A stretch of 64,000 nucleotides of DNA from Amphiscolops sp. MND2022 (taxonomy: Eukaryota), in the NCBI GenBank assembly GCA_964187785.1, contig OZ076410.1:52204001-52268000 (forward strand). The letters are read 5' to 3'. Both the position numbers and the translations under genes were made by a program. Positions 29,503 through 42,850 of the stretch are shown in pieces (position 1 is the first letter of the stretch; each line of letters starts with the position of its first letter). The notes below the pieces were generated by a model. That model worked only from the letters and a program-made list of their open reading frames with translations. It had not been told where the DNA came from and searched no databases.

Positions 29503-32500
29503 CAAAAATATAGAAAAATCAGCTCTTGGTGGTTAGCATCAGGGTTCGTAATCATAAATGAAAAACCTCATCACATCGCTGCAGGAAAAGCTACAGTTCC
29601 GGAAAGAACCCAAAACTAAGCTAAATATTGGACAATATCGATACATTAGGGCTCAGGCAGTTTGATAGCTGAACAGGTAAAAGATCAGAGATCATGGCGG
29701 AAAATACCTAGCTTCAGAAACGACAACTTTACCACAAAGTTGATTCCACTCCCAGTACAAATTCGAAACAAAAAACTTCTTCCATTTGTGCATTTCCACG
29801 AATGCCAGGTCATAGCACTGGGAATGGATGGTACAAATTTTCGAACTAAAAAAAGCTCAGCTCCTGGTTGATTGCAACAAGAGTCCTTTTTAAGAAACAT
29901 CCCAAAGATACATGCGTGATTTAGAATATCAGTTTCATACAACAGTTGAAATAGTTTGGGTAGCACTTCTCAGCTTCGTTCTTTTGTCTTACTTGCTAGA
30001 GGAAGGCAAAGCACGAAGCTGAGTACTTGCCACCCAAACATTTTCAACTTTAGTATGATACTGACACTTTCCAGATCATACGTGTTAGACACTCAAGCAG
30101 AACTGGCAAAAACGATCAGAGATCTTGGTGGAAAGCTATCATGCATCAAAACTGTGAAATTTCATCACAAACTGAAATGAACTATCGGAGTACAATCAAT
30201 ATAGAAGCACTCATACACGCCAGGCCTACTCGACGGGAAAATATTGTCTGGAGAGGGAACGTAAGACATTCAAAAAAAGAAAAATCAGCTCTTGGTGGTT
30301 AGCATCAGGTTTCATATATAAAGAGCTTCATCACACCGTTGCAGGAAGAAGCTACAGTTCCGAAAAGACCCCAAGACTAACCTAAATACTGGACGATATT
30401 GATACATTAAGGTTCAGGGAGTTTCATAGCTGAACAGGTAAAAGATCAGAGTTCATGGCGGAAAATACGGTGCTTCAGAAACGACAACTTTACCACAAAG
30501 TTGATTCCACTCCCAAAACAAATTCGAAACAAAAAACTTCTTCCATGCGTGCATTTCCACGAATACCAGGTCATAGCACTGGGAATGGATGGTACAAAGT
30601 TTTCGAACTAAAAAAAGCTCAGCACCTGGTTGATTGCAACAAGAGTCCTTTGGGAGAAACATCCCAAAGATACATGCGTCTAACATGCGTGATTTAGAAT
30701 ATCAGTTTCATACAACAGTTGAAATAGTTTGGGTAGCACTTCTCAGCTTCGTTCTTTTGTCTTACTTGCTAGAGGAAGGCAAAACACAAAGCTGAGTAGT
30801 GCCACCCAAACTAATTCAACTGTAGTATGATACTGAGAATTTCCAGATCATACGTGTTAGGCACTCAAGCAGAACTGTGCAAAAATGATGAGATCTTGGT
30901 GGAAAACTATCATGCATCAAAACTATGATAATTCATCACAAACTGAAATAAACTATCGGAGTACAATCAATATAGAAGCACTCATACACGCCAGGCCTAC
31001 TCGACGGAAAAATATTGTCTGGAGAGGGAACGTAAGACATTCAAAAAAAGAAAAATCAGCTCTTGGTGGTTAGCATCAGGTTTCATATATGAAAAGCTTC
31101 ATCACACCGTTGCAGGAAGAAGCTACAGTTCCGAAAAGACCCCAAGACTAACCTAAATATTGGACGATAATGATACATTAAGGTTCAGGGAGTTTCATAG
31201 CTGAACAGGTAAAAGATCAGAGTTCATGGCGGAAAATACCGTGCTTCAGAAACGACAACTTTACCACAAAGTTGATTCCACTCCTAGTACAAATTCGAAA
31301 CAAAAAACTTCTTCCATGCGTGCATTTCCACGAATGCCAGGTCATAGCACTGGGAATGGATGGTACAAAGTTTTCGAACTAAAAAAGCTCAGCACCTGGT
31401 TGATTGCAACAAGAGTCCTTTGGGAGAAACATCCCAAAGATACATGCGTCTAACATGCGTGATTTAGAATATCAGTTTCATACAACAGTTGAAATAGTTT
31501 GGGTAGCACTTCTCAGCTTCTTTCATTTGTCTTACTTGCTAGAGGAAGGCAAAACACAAAGCTGAGTAGTGCCACCCAAACTAATTCAACTGTAGTATGA
31601 TACTGAGAATTTCCAGATCATACGTGTTAGACACTCAAGCAGAACTGTGCAAAAATGATGAGATCTTGGTGGAAAACTATCATGCATCAAAACTATGATA
31701 ATTCATCACAAACTGAAATATACTATCGGAGCACAATTGATATAGAAGCCCTCATACATCCCAGGCCTACTCGACGGAAAAATATTGTCTGAAGAGGGAA
31801 CGGAAGCGACTTTCAAAATAGAAAAAATCAACTCTTGGAGGTTATCATCAGGGTTCATAAATGAAAAATTTCATCACATCGCTGGAGGAAGAAGCTACAG
31901 TTCCGAAAAGACCCCAAAACTAACCTTAATATTGGACGATATTGATACATGATGGTTTAGGGAGTTTGATAGCTGAACAGTAAAAGATCACAGTTCATGG
32001 CGAAAAATACCGTGCCTCAGAAACGACAACTTTACCACAAAGTTGAATCCACACTCAGTATATATTCGACAAAAAACTTCTTTCATTCCTGCATTTCCAC
32101 GAAGACCAGAACATAGCACATGGAATGGATGGTACAAAGTTTCCGAACTAAAAAAGCTCAGTACTTGGTTGATTGCAACAAGAATCCTTTGGGAAAAACA
32201 TCCCAAAGATACATGCGTCTAACATGCGTGATTTAGAATATCAGTTTCATACAACAGTCGAAAAAGTTTGGGTAGCACATCTCATCTTCGTTCTTCTGTC
32301 TTACATGCTAGAGGAAGGCAAAGCACGAAGCTGAGTAGTGCCACCCAAACATTTTCAACTTTAGTATGATACTGAGACTTTCTAGATCATACGTGTTAGA
32401 CACTCAAGCAGAACTGGCAAAAAACGATCAGAGATTTTGGTGGAAAGCTATCATGCATCAAAACTGAGAAATTTCATCACAAATTGAAAAAAACTATCGG

Positions 32501-35500
32501 AGTACAATGAATATAGAAGCACTCATACACGCCAGGCCTACTCGACGGAAAAATATTGTCTGGAGAGGGAACGTAAGAGACATTCAAAAGAAGAAAAATC
32601 AGCTCTTGGTGGTTAGCATCAGGGTTCATATATGAGAAGCTTCATCACACTGTTGCAGGAAGAAGCTAGAGTTCCGAAAAGACCCCGAGACTAACCTAAA
32701 TATTGGACGATATTGATACATTAAGGTTCAGGGAGTTTCATAGCTGAACAGGTAAAAGATCACAGTTCATGGCGGAAAATACCGTGCTTCAGAAACGACA
32801 ACTTTACCACAAAATTGATTCCACTCCCAGTACAGATTCGAAACAAAAAACTTCTTCCATGCGTGCATTTCCACGAAAGCCAGGTCATAGCACTGGGAAT
32901 GGATGGTACAAAGTTTTCGAACTAAAAAGCTCAGCACCTGGTTGATTGCAACAAGAGTCCTTTGGGAGAAACATCCCAAAGATACATGCGTCTAACATGC
33001 GTGATTTAGAATATCAGTTTCATACAACAGTTGAAATAGTTTGGGTAGCACTTCTCAGCTTCGTTCTTTTGTCTTACTTGCTAGAGGAAGGCAAAACACA
33101 AAGCTGAGTAGTGCCACCCAAACTAATTCAACTGTAGTATGATACTGAGAATTTCCAGATCATACGTGTTAGACACTCAAGCAGAACTGTGCAAAAATGA
33201 TGAGATCTTGGTGGAAAACTATCATGCATCAAAACTATGATAATTCATCACAAACTGAAATATACTATCGGAGCACAATTGATATAGAAGCCCTCATACA
33301 TCCCAGGCCTACTCGACGGAAAAATATTGTCTGAAGAGGGAACGGAAGCGACTTTCCAAAATAAAAAAAATCAACTCTTGGAGGTTATCATCAGGGTTCA
33401 TAAATGAAAAATTTCATCAGATCGCTGGAGGAAGAAGCTACAGTTCCGAAAAGACCCCAAAACTAACCTTAATAATGGACGATATTGATACATGATGGTT
33501 CAGGGAGTTTGATAGCTGAACAGTAAAAGATCACAGTTCATGGCGAAAAATACCGTGCCTCAGAAACGACAACTTTACCACAAAGTTGAATCCACACTCA
33601 GTATATATTCGACAAAAAACTTCTTTCATTCCTGCATTTCCACGAAGACCAGAACATAGCACATGGAATGGATGGTACAAAGTTTCCGAACTAAAAAAGC
33701 TCAGTACTTGGTTGATTGCAACAAGAATCCTTTGGGAAAAACATCCCAAAGATACATGCGTCTAACATGCGTGATTTAGAATATCAGTTTCATACAACAG
33801 TCGAAAAAGTTTGGGTAGCACATCTCAGCTTCGTTCTTCTGTCTTACATGCTAGAGGAAGGCAAAGCACGAAGCTGAGTAGTGCCACCCAAACATTTTCA
33901 ACTATAGTATGATACTGAGACTTTCTAGATCATACGTGTTAGACACTCAAGCAGAACTGGCAAAAAACGATCAGAGATTTTGGTGGAAAGCTATCATGCA
34001 TCAAAACTGAGAAATTTCATCACAAATTGAAAAAAAACTATCGGAGTACAATGAATATAGAAGCACTCATACACGCCAGGCCTACTCGACGGAAAAATAT
34101 TGTCTGGAGAGGGAACGTAAGAGACATTCAAAAGAAGAAAAATCAGCTCTTGGTGGTTAGCATCAGGGTTCATATATGAGAAGCTTCATCACACTGTTGC
34201 AGGAAGAAGCTAGAGTTCCGAAAAGACCCCAAGACTAACCTAAATATTGGACGATATTGATACATTAAGGTTCAGGGAGTTTCATAGCTGAACAGGTAAA
34301 AGATCACAGTTCATGGCGGAAAATACCGTGCTTCAGAAACGACAACTTTACCACAAAAAAGATTCCACTCCCAGTACAGATTCGAAACAAAAAACTTCTT
34401 CCATGCGTGCATTTCCAAGAAGGCCAGGTCATAGCACTGGGAATGGATGGTACAAAGTTTTCGAACTGAAAAAGCTCAGCACCTGGTTGATTGCAACAAG
34501 AGTCCTTTGGGAGAAACATCCCAAAGATACTTGCGTCTAAAATGCGTGATTTAGAATATCAGTTCCATACAACAGTTGAAATAGTTTGGATAGCACTTCT
34601 CAGCTTCGTTCTTTTGTCTTACTTGCTAGAGGAAGGCAAAACACAAAGCTGAGTAGTGCCACCCAAACTATTTCAACTGTAGTATGATACTGAGACTTTC
34701 TAGATCATACGTGTTAGACACTCAAGCAGAACTGGCAAAAACGATCAGAGATCTTGGTGGAAAGCTATCATGCATCAAAACTATGAAATTTCATCACAAA
34801 CTGAAATATACTATCGGAGTACAATCAATATAGAAGCACTCATACATGCCAGGCCTATTCGACGGAAAAATATTGTCTGAAGAGGGAACGTAAGAGACAT
34901 TCAAAACAATCAGCTCTTGGTGGTTAGCATCAGGGTTCATAAATGAAAAGCTTCATCACACCGTTGCAGGAAGAAGCTACAGTTCCGAAAAGACCCCAAA
35001 ACTAACCTTAATAATGGACGATATTGATACTTTAAGGTTCAGGGAGTTTGATAGCTGAACAGGTAAAAGATCACAGTTCATGGCGGAAAATACCGTGCTT
35101 CAGAAACGACAACTTTACCACAAAAATGATTCCACTCCCAGTACAGATTCGAAACAAAAAACTTCTTCCATGCGTGCATTTCCAAGAAGGCCAGGTCATA
35201 GCACTGGGAATGGATGGTACAAAGTTTTCGAACTGAAAAAGCTCAGCACCTGGTTGATTGCAACAAGAGTCCTTTGGGAGAAACATCCCAAAGATACTTG
35301 CGTCTAAAATGCGTGATTTAGAATATCAGTTCCATACAACAGTTGAAATAGTTTGGATAGCACTTCTCAGCTTCGTTCTTTTGTCTTACTTGCTAGAGGA
35401 AGGCAAAACACAAAGCTGAGTAGTGCCACCCAAACTATTTCAACTGTAGTATGATACTGAGACTTTCTAGATCATACGTGTTAGACACTCAAGCAGAACT

Positions 35501-38500
35501 GGCAAAAACGATCAGAGATCTTGGTGGAAAGCTATCATGCATCAAAACTATGAAATTTCATCACAAACTGAAATATACTATCGGAGTACAATCAATATAG
35601 AAGCACTCATACATGCCAGGCCTACTCGACGGAAAAATACTGTCTGAAGAGGGAACGTAAGAGACATTCAAAACAATCAGCTCTTGGTGGTTAGCATCAG
35701 GGTTCATAAATGAAAAGCTTCATCACACCGTTGCAGGAAGAAGCTACAGTTCCGAAAAGACCCCAAAACTAACCTTAATAATGGACGATATTGATACATT
35801 ATGGTTCGGGGAGTTTAATAGCTGAATAGTAAAAGATCACAGTTCATGGCGAAAAATACCGTGCCTCAGAAACGACAACTTTACCACAAAGTTGAATCCA
35901 CACCCAGTATACATTCGACAAAAAACTTTTCATTCCTGCATTTCCACGAAGACCAGAACATAGCACATGGAATGGATGGTACAATTTTTCGAACTAAAAA
36001 AGCCCAGTATCTGGTTGATTGCAACAAGAGTCCTTTGGGAAAAACATCCCAAACATACATGCGTCTAACATGCGTGATTTAGAATATCAGTTTCATACAA
36101 CAGTCGAAAAAGTTTGGGTAGCACTTCTCAGCTTCGTTCTTTTTTCTTACTTGCTAGAGGAAGGAAAAGCACGAAGCTGAGTAGTGCCACCCAAACATTT
36201 TCAACTGTAGTATGATACTGAGACTTTCCAGATCATACGTGTTAGACACTCAAGCAGAACTGGCAAAAACGATCAGAGATCTTGGTGGAAAGCTATCAAG
36301 CATCAAAACTATGATATTTCATCACAAACTGAAATATACTATCGGAGTACAATCAATATAGAAGCACTCATACATGCCAGGCCTACTCGACGGAAAAATA
36401 TTGTCTGAAGAGGGAACGTAAGAGACATTCAAAAAAAGAAAAATCAGCTCTTTGTGGTTAGGATCAGGGTTCATAAATGAAAAGCTTCATCACACCGTTG
36501 CAGGAAGAAGCTACAGTTCCGAAAAGACCCCAAAACTAACCTTAATATTGGACGATATTGATACATTATGGTTCGGGGAGTTTAATAGCTGAATAGTAAA
36601 AGATAACAGTTCATGGCGAAAAATACCGTGCCTCAGAAACGACAACTTTAACACAAAGTTGGATCCACACCCAGTATACATTCGACAAAAAACTTTTCAT
36701 TCCTGCATTTCCACGAAGACCAGAAGATAGCACATGGAATGGATGGTACAATTTTTCGAACTAAAAAAGCCCAGTACCTGGTTGATTGCAACAAGAGTCC
36801 TTTGGGAAAGACATCCCAAAGATACATGCGTGATTTAGAATATCAGTTTCATACAACAGTCGAAAAAGTTTGGGTAGCACTTCTCAGCTTCGTTCTTTTT
36901 TCTTACTTGCTAGAGGAAGGAAAAGCACGAAGCTGAGTGGTGCCACCCAAACATTTTCAACTGTAGTATGATACTGAGACTTTCCAGATCATACGTGTTA
37001 GACACTCAAGCAAAACTGGCAAAAACGATCAGAGATCTTGGTGGAAAGCTATCATGCATCAAAACTATGAAATTTCATCACAAACTGAAATAAACTATCG
37101 GAGTACAATCAATATAGAAGCACTCATACACGCCAGGCCTACTCGACAGAAAAATATTGTCTGGAGAGGGAACGTAAGAGACATTCAAAAAAAATCAGCT
37201 CTTGGTGGTTAGGATCAGGGTTCATAAATGAAAAGCTTCATCACACCGTTGCAGGAAGAAGCTACAGTTCCGAAAAGACCCCAAAACTAACCTTAATATT
37301 GGACGATATTGATACATTATGGTTCGGGGAGTTTAATAGCTGAATAGTAAAAGATAACAGTTCATGGCGAAAAATACCGTGCCTCAGAAACGACAACTTT
37401 AACACAAAGTTGAATCCACACCCAGTATACATTCGACAAAAAACTTTTCATTCCTGCATTTCCACGAAGACCAGAACACATGGAATGGATGGTACAATTT
37501 TTCGAACTAAAAAAGCCCAGTACCTGGTTGATTGCAACAAGAGTCCTTTGGGAAAGACATCCCAAAGATACATGCGTGATTTAGAATATCAGTTTCATAC
37601 AACAGTCGAAAAAGTTTGGGTAGCACTTCTCAGCTTCGTTCTTTTTTCTTACTTGCTAGAGGAAGGAAAAGCACGAAGCTGAGTGGTGCCACCCAAACAT
37701 TTTCAACTGTAGTATGATACTGAGACTTTCCAGATCATACGTGTTAGACACTCAAGCAAAACTGGCAAAAACGATCAGAGATCTTGGTGGAAAGCTATCA
37801 TGCATCAAAACTATGAAATTTCATCACAAACTGAAATAAACTATCGGAGTACAATCAATATAGAAGCACTCATACACGCCAGGCCTACTCGACAGAAAAA
37901 TATTGTCTGGAGAGGGAACGTAAGAGACATTCAAAAAAAAATCAGATCTAGGTGGTTAGCATCAGAGTTCATAAATGAAAAGCTTCATCACACCGTTGCA
38001 GGAAGAAGCTACAGTTCCGAAAAGACCCCAAAACTAAGCTAGATATTGGACAATATCGATACATTAGGGCTCAGGCAGTTTGATAGCTGAACAGTGAAAG
38101 ATCGCAGTTCATGGCGGAAAATAAGGTGCCTCAGAAACGACATTTTTACCACAAAGTTGAAACCACACCCAGTATACACTCGACAAAAAACTTCTTTCAT
38201 CCCTTTATTACCACAAAGGCCAGATCATAGCACTGGGAATGGATGGTACAAGGTATTGAAACTAAAAAAACACAGCACTTGGTTAATTGCAACAAGAGTC
38301 CTTTGGGAAAAACATCCCAAGCATGCATGCGTTCAACATGCGTGATTTAGAATATCAGTTTCATACAACAGTCGAAAAAGTTTGGGCAGCACATCTCAGC
38401 TTCATTCTTCTGTCTTACATGCTAGAGGAAGGCAAAGCACGCAGCTGAGTAGATCCACCCAAACTTTTTCAACTGTAGTATGATACTGAGACTTTCTAGA

Positions 38501-39472
38501 TCATACGTGTTAGACACTCAAGCAGAACTGGCTAAAACGATCAGAGATATTGGTGGAAGACTACCATGCATCAAATTTATTATAATTCACCACAAACTGA
38601 AAATACTATCGGAGTACAATCAATATAGAAGCCCTCATACATGCCAGGCCACTCGACGGCAAAAATATTGTCTGAAGATGGAAAGGAAGCGACATTCAAA
38701 AATATAGAAAAATTAGCTCTTGGTGGTAAGCATCAGGGTTCGTAATCATAAATGAAAAACCTCATCACATCGCTGCAGGAAAAGCTACAGTTCCGGAAAG
38801 AACCCAAAACTAAGCTAAATATTGGACAATATCGATACATTAGGGCTCAGGCAGTTTGATAGCTGAACAGTGAAAGATCGCAGTTCATGGCGGAAAATAA
38901 GGTGCCTCAGAAACGACATTTTTACCACAAAGTTGAAACCACACCCAGTATACATTCGACAAAAAACTTCTTTCATCCCTTTATTACCACAAAGGCCAGA
39001 AAATAGCACTGGGAATGGATGGTACGAGGTTTTGAAACTAAAAAACTCAGCACTTGGTTGATTGCAACAAGAGTCCTTTGGGAAAAACATCCCAAGCATG
39101 CATGCGTTCAACATGCGTGATTTGGAAAATCAGTTTCATACAACAGTTGAAATAGTTTGGGTAGCACTTCTCAGCTTTCTTTTGTCTTACTTGCTAGAGG
39201 AAGGCAAAGCACGAAGCTGAGTAGTGCCACCCAAACATCTTCAACTGTAGTATGATACTGAGACTTTCTAGATCATACGTGTTAGACAGTCGAGCAGATT
39301 TGGCAAAAACTATCAGAGATCTTGGTGGAAAGCTTTCATGCATCAAAACCATGTTAACTCATCACAAATCGAAATATACTATCGGAGTACATGCAATAAA
39401 GAAGCCCTCACACATTCAAGGCCATTCGACGGCAAAAATAATGTTTGAAGATGGAACGGAAGCGACTTTCAA

Positions 39473-39777
39473 CACAGAGGCGAAGCGGTGCTTCGCAACA
39501 CATGACGAAGACATCGATTATTTTAAAGATAGCTCTACGTTGTATATATATATAAATCGTATATATTCAATCGCATGCGTATATATTCAACAGTTCAACT
39601 TTGTTCAATAACGTCCCTATGGCACAGTGGTCAACGCTTATGCCGTGCAATCGGGAGGCTGCAGGTTCGAATCTCTGGGGTTTTGGCTTTTCTCCAAAAG
39701 GCGCTCTTTATCAAGTTGACTATTGTGGAAAAAAACTTCTTTAGCTGGACTGCAATGCACATTGACTTCGTCATGTG
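39473..39777 (-). mobile_element. DINE-1/HINE-like element, copy 2 (best-preserved ends)
   Basis: It has a perfect 12-bp subterminal inverted repeat cacatgacgaag / cttcgtcatgtg and a partial inverted repeat adjacent to the terminal copy (tgcacattgac-ttc-gtcatgtgca). It also has the stem-loop and (TA)6, and the insertion site is compatible with T^T. Confidence 0.8.
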
Positions 39778-40554
39778 CAAAAATATAGAAAAATCAGCTC
39801 TTGGTGGTTAGCATCAGGAATCATAATCATAATTGAAAAACTTCATCACATCGCTGCAGGAAGAAGATACAGTTCCGAAACGAACCCAAAACTCAGCTAA
39901 ATATTGGACAAAATCGATACATTAGGGCTCAGGCAGTTTGATAGCTGAACAGTGAAAGATCGCAGTTCATGGCGGAAAATAAGGTGCCTCAGAAACGACA
40001 TTTTTACCACAAAGTTGAAACCACACCCAGTATACATTCGACAAAAAACTTCTTTCATCCCTTTATTACCACAAAGGCCAGAAAATAGCACTGGGAATGG
40101 ATGGTACGAGGTTTTGAAACTAAAAAACTCAGCACTGGGTTGATTGCAACAAGAGTCCTTTGGGAAAAACATCCCAAGCATGCATGCGTTCAACATGCGT
40201 GATTTGGAAAATCAGTTTCATAAAACAGTTGAAATAGTTTGGGTAGCACTTCTCAGCTTTCTTTTGTCTTATTTGCTAGAGGAAGGCAAAGCACGAAGCT
40301 GAGTAGTGCCACCCAAACATCTTCAACTGTAGTATGATACTGAGACTTTCTAGATCATACGTGTTAGACAGTCGAGCAGAATTGGCAAAAACTATCAGAG
40401 ATCTTGGTGGAAAGCTTTCATGCATCAAAACCATGTTAACTCATCACAAATCGAAATATACTATCGGAGTACATGCAATAAAGAAGCCCTCACACATTCA
40501 AGGCCATTCGACGGCAAAAATAATGTTTGAAGATGGAACGGAAGCGACTTTCAA

Positions 40555-40867
40555 CACAGAGGCGAAGCGGTGCTTCGCAACACATGACGAAGACATCGAT
40601 TATTTTAAAGATAGCTCTACGTTGTATATATATATATATATATATATAAATCGTATATATTCCGCATGCGTATTATTCAACAGTTCAACTTTGTTCAATA
40701 ACGTCCCTATGGCACAGTGGTCAACGCTTATGCCGTGCAATCGGGAGGCTGCAGGTTCGAATCTCTGGGGTTTTGGCTTTTCTCCAAAAGGCGCTCTTTA
40801 TCAAGTTGACTATTGTGGAAAAAAACTTCTTTAGCTGGACTGCAATGCACATTGACTTCGCCATGTG
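40555..40867 (-). mobile_element. DINE-1/HINE-like element, copy 3
   Basis: Same structure as copy 2, offset 1082 bp from it. The microsatellite is expanded to (TA)12. Confidence 0.78.
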
Positions 40868-41789
40868 CAAAAATATAGAAAAATCAGCTCTTGGTGGTTA
40901 GCATCAGGAATCATAATCATAATTGAAAAGCTTCATCACATCGCTGCAGGAAGAAGATACAGTTCCGAAACGAACCCAAAACTCAGCTAAATATTGGACA
41001 AAATCGATACATTAGGGCTCAGGCAGTTTGATAGCTGAACAGTGAAAGATCACAGTTCATGGCGGAAAATAAGGTGCCTCAGAAACGACATTTTTACCAC
41101 AACGTTGAATCCACACCCAGTATACATTCGACAAAAAACTTCTTTCATCCCTGCATTTCCACCAAGACCAGATCATAGCACTGAGAATGGATGAAACAAA
41201 GTTTTGAAACTAAAAAAGCTCAGTACCTGGTTGATTGCAACAAGAGTCCTTTGGGAAAAACATCCCAAAGATACATGCGTCTAACATGCGTGATTTAGAA
41301 TATCAGTTTCATACAACAGTCGAAATAGTTTGGGTAGCACTTCTCAGCTTCGTTTTTTTGTCTAACTTGCAAACATTTTCATCTGTAGTATGATACTGAG
41401 ACTTTCTAGATCATACGTGTTAGATACTCGCGCAGAACTGGCAAAAACGATCAGAGATCTAGGTGGAAAGCTATCATGCATCAAAACTATGATAATTCAT
41501 CACAAACTAAAAAAATGCTATCGGAGTACAATCAATATAGAAGCCCTCATACATGGCAAGCTAACTCGACGGCAAAAATATTGTCTGAAGAGGGAACGGA
41601 AGACATTCAAAGACACCAAGAAAAACCAGCTCTTGGTAGTTAGCATCAGGATTCATAATCATAAATGAAAAACTACAACACATCGCTGCAGGAAGAAGCT
41701 ACAGTTCCGAAAAGACCCCAAAACTAAGCTAAACTTTGGACGATATCGATACATTTTGGTTCAGGCGGTCTAAAAACTGAACAGGAAAA

Positions 41790-42850
41790 GATGCCAGTTC
41801 CCGGAAGCTACCATGCATCGAAGAAAATAATTTCAGCACAAAAATGAATCCACTGTCAGTACACATTCGACACAAAAATTCCTTTATATGCTTCTTTTGA
41901 AAGTCAGAGACATAGCACCGGGATTGACTGGGAAGTTTTCAAACATAATAAGAAATCGGCTCCTGGTTGATTGCAACAGATGTCATTCAGGTTCATTTCC
42001 TCGATAGAGCGAAACCATCATGAAATTATAAACTTTCATGAAATAGAATATACCATCGGAGAACATTCGATACAAGAGCCCTAATACTTGAGTGCGCCTG
42101 TTCAAAGGCACGCAACCCAGCTTGGGATTCAACGGTAAAGACTTTCAAAACTGAAGGAAGCACAGCTTTTAAATTTTGCAATACACATCATGTAGACAGG
42201 AAACCTTCTAGTACTTCGCTAAAAGAAAAGCAGAAACATGACAACTGATGCCAAAATAACTTGTATTGTAGTATGATACTGAAAGATTCTAGTTCCTGCA
42301 TATCAAAGTCTCGAGCAAAAGAAGTTCAGAGAGCTTGGTGGAAAGCTATCATGCATCAATATTATAAATTTTCATCACGAAGTAGAACATACTTTCGGAG
42401 TACATTCGATGCAAAAACCATCGTATATGTGTGCCTCTCTTCGAAACCAAAGACATGGCATTGGAATTGAATAGGAACAATTTTCAAAATCAAAAAGAAC
42501 TCCGGTACTGATTGTTGGCAGAGGAAGAGAAAACCTAAACGCTGAGAAGAGACACCAAAACTATCTGTAGAATGATATCAAAAGATTGTATTTCATGCAG
42601 ATTGTGAGCTCGAACAAAAATAATCAGATATCTTGGTGGAAAACTATCATGTATCAAATCATATATTTTCATCACAAAGTAGAAATGACCGTCATAGTTG
42701 ATTCCATATAAAAACTATGATACGAGCCTGCTTCTGTCTGAAGTTGCAAATATCCTATTCGAATGGAACAAAAACCCTCACTCAGAGACTCGAATCTTAG
42801 TGGTTTGCATCAGGTCCCACTCAGCATAGTAGTCGTCATATCATGAAAGA
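41790..42850. repeat. Degenerate array edge made of about 300-bp relic subunits
   Basis: Diverged matches to gtagtatgatactg...cttggtggaaagctatcatgcatcaa occur near 42266 and 42568 (spacing about 300 bp), with weaker matches near 41800 and 42010. Confidence 0.8.

Larger units (their letters stand above)
1..41790. repeat. Tandem satellite array, monomer about 760-772 bp, roughly 54 copies, running off the left edge of the window
   Basis: The motif tatc(t/a)gtttcata(c/a)aacagt recurs at 1, 770, 1542 and onward. The same short ORFs recur at fixed offsets throughout the ORF track. Copies differ by SNPs, A-run length changes and an 11-bp indel (tctaacatgcg). Confidence 0.98.

Noticed and set aside
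40334-40834. 166-aa ORF spanning a monomer and the inserted element
   Set aside because: It is a chance read-through that includes the (TA)12 tract (YIYIYI), and the frame differs in the other two copies.
1298-41668. Dozens of recurrent 60-120 aa ORFs in the satellite (MAENTVLQKR..., MILRLSRS...)
   Set aside because: They occur on both strands and all frames, are broken by A-run and 11-bp indels between copies, and show no recognisable domain. They are a by-product of the repeat.
1-41790. CRISPR-like or other prokaryotic repeat-spacer array
   Set aside because: There are no unique spacers, since whole 770-bp units repeat. No cas genes are present and the context is eukaryotic.
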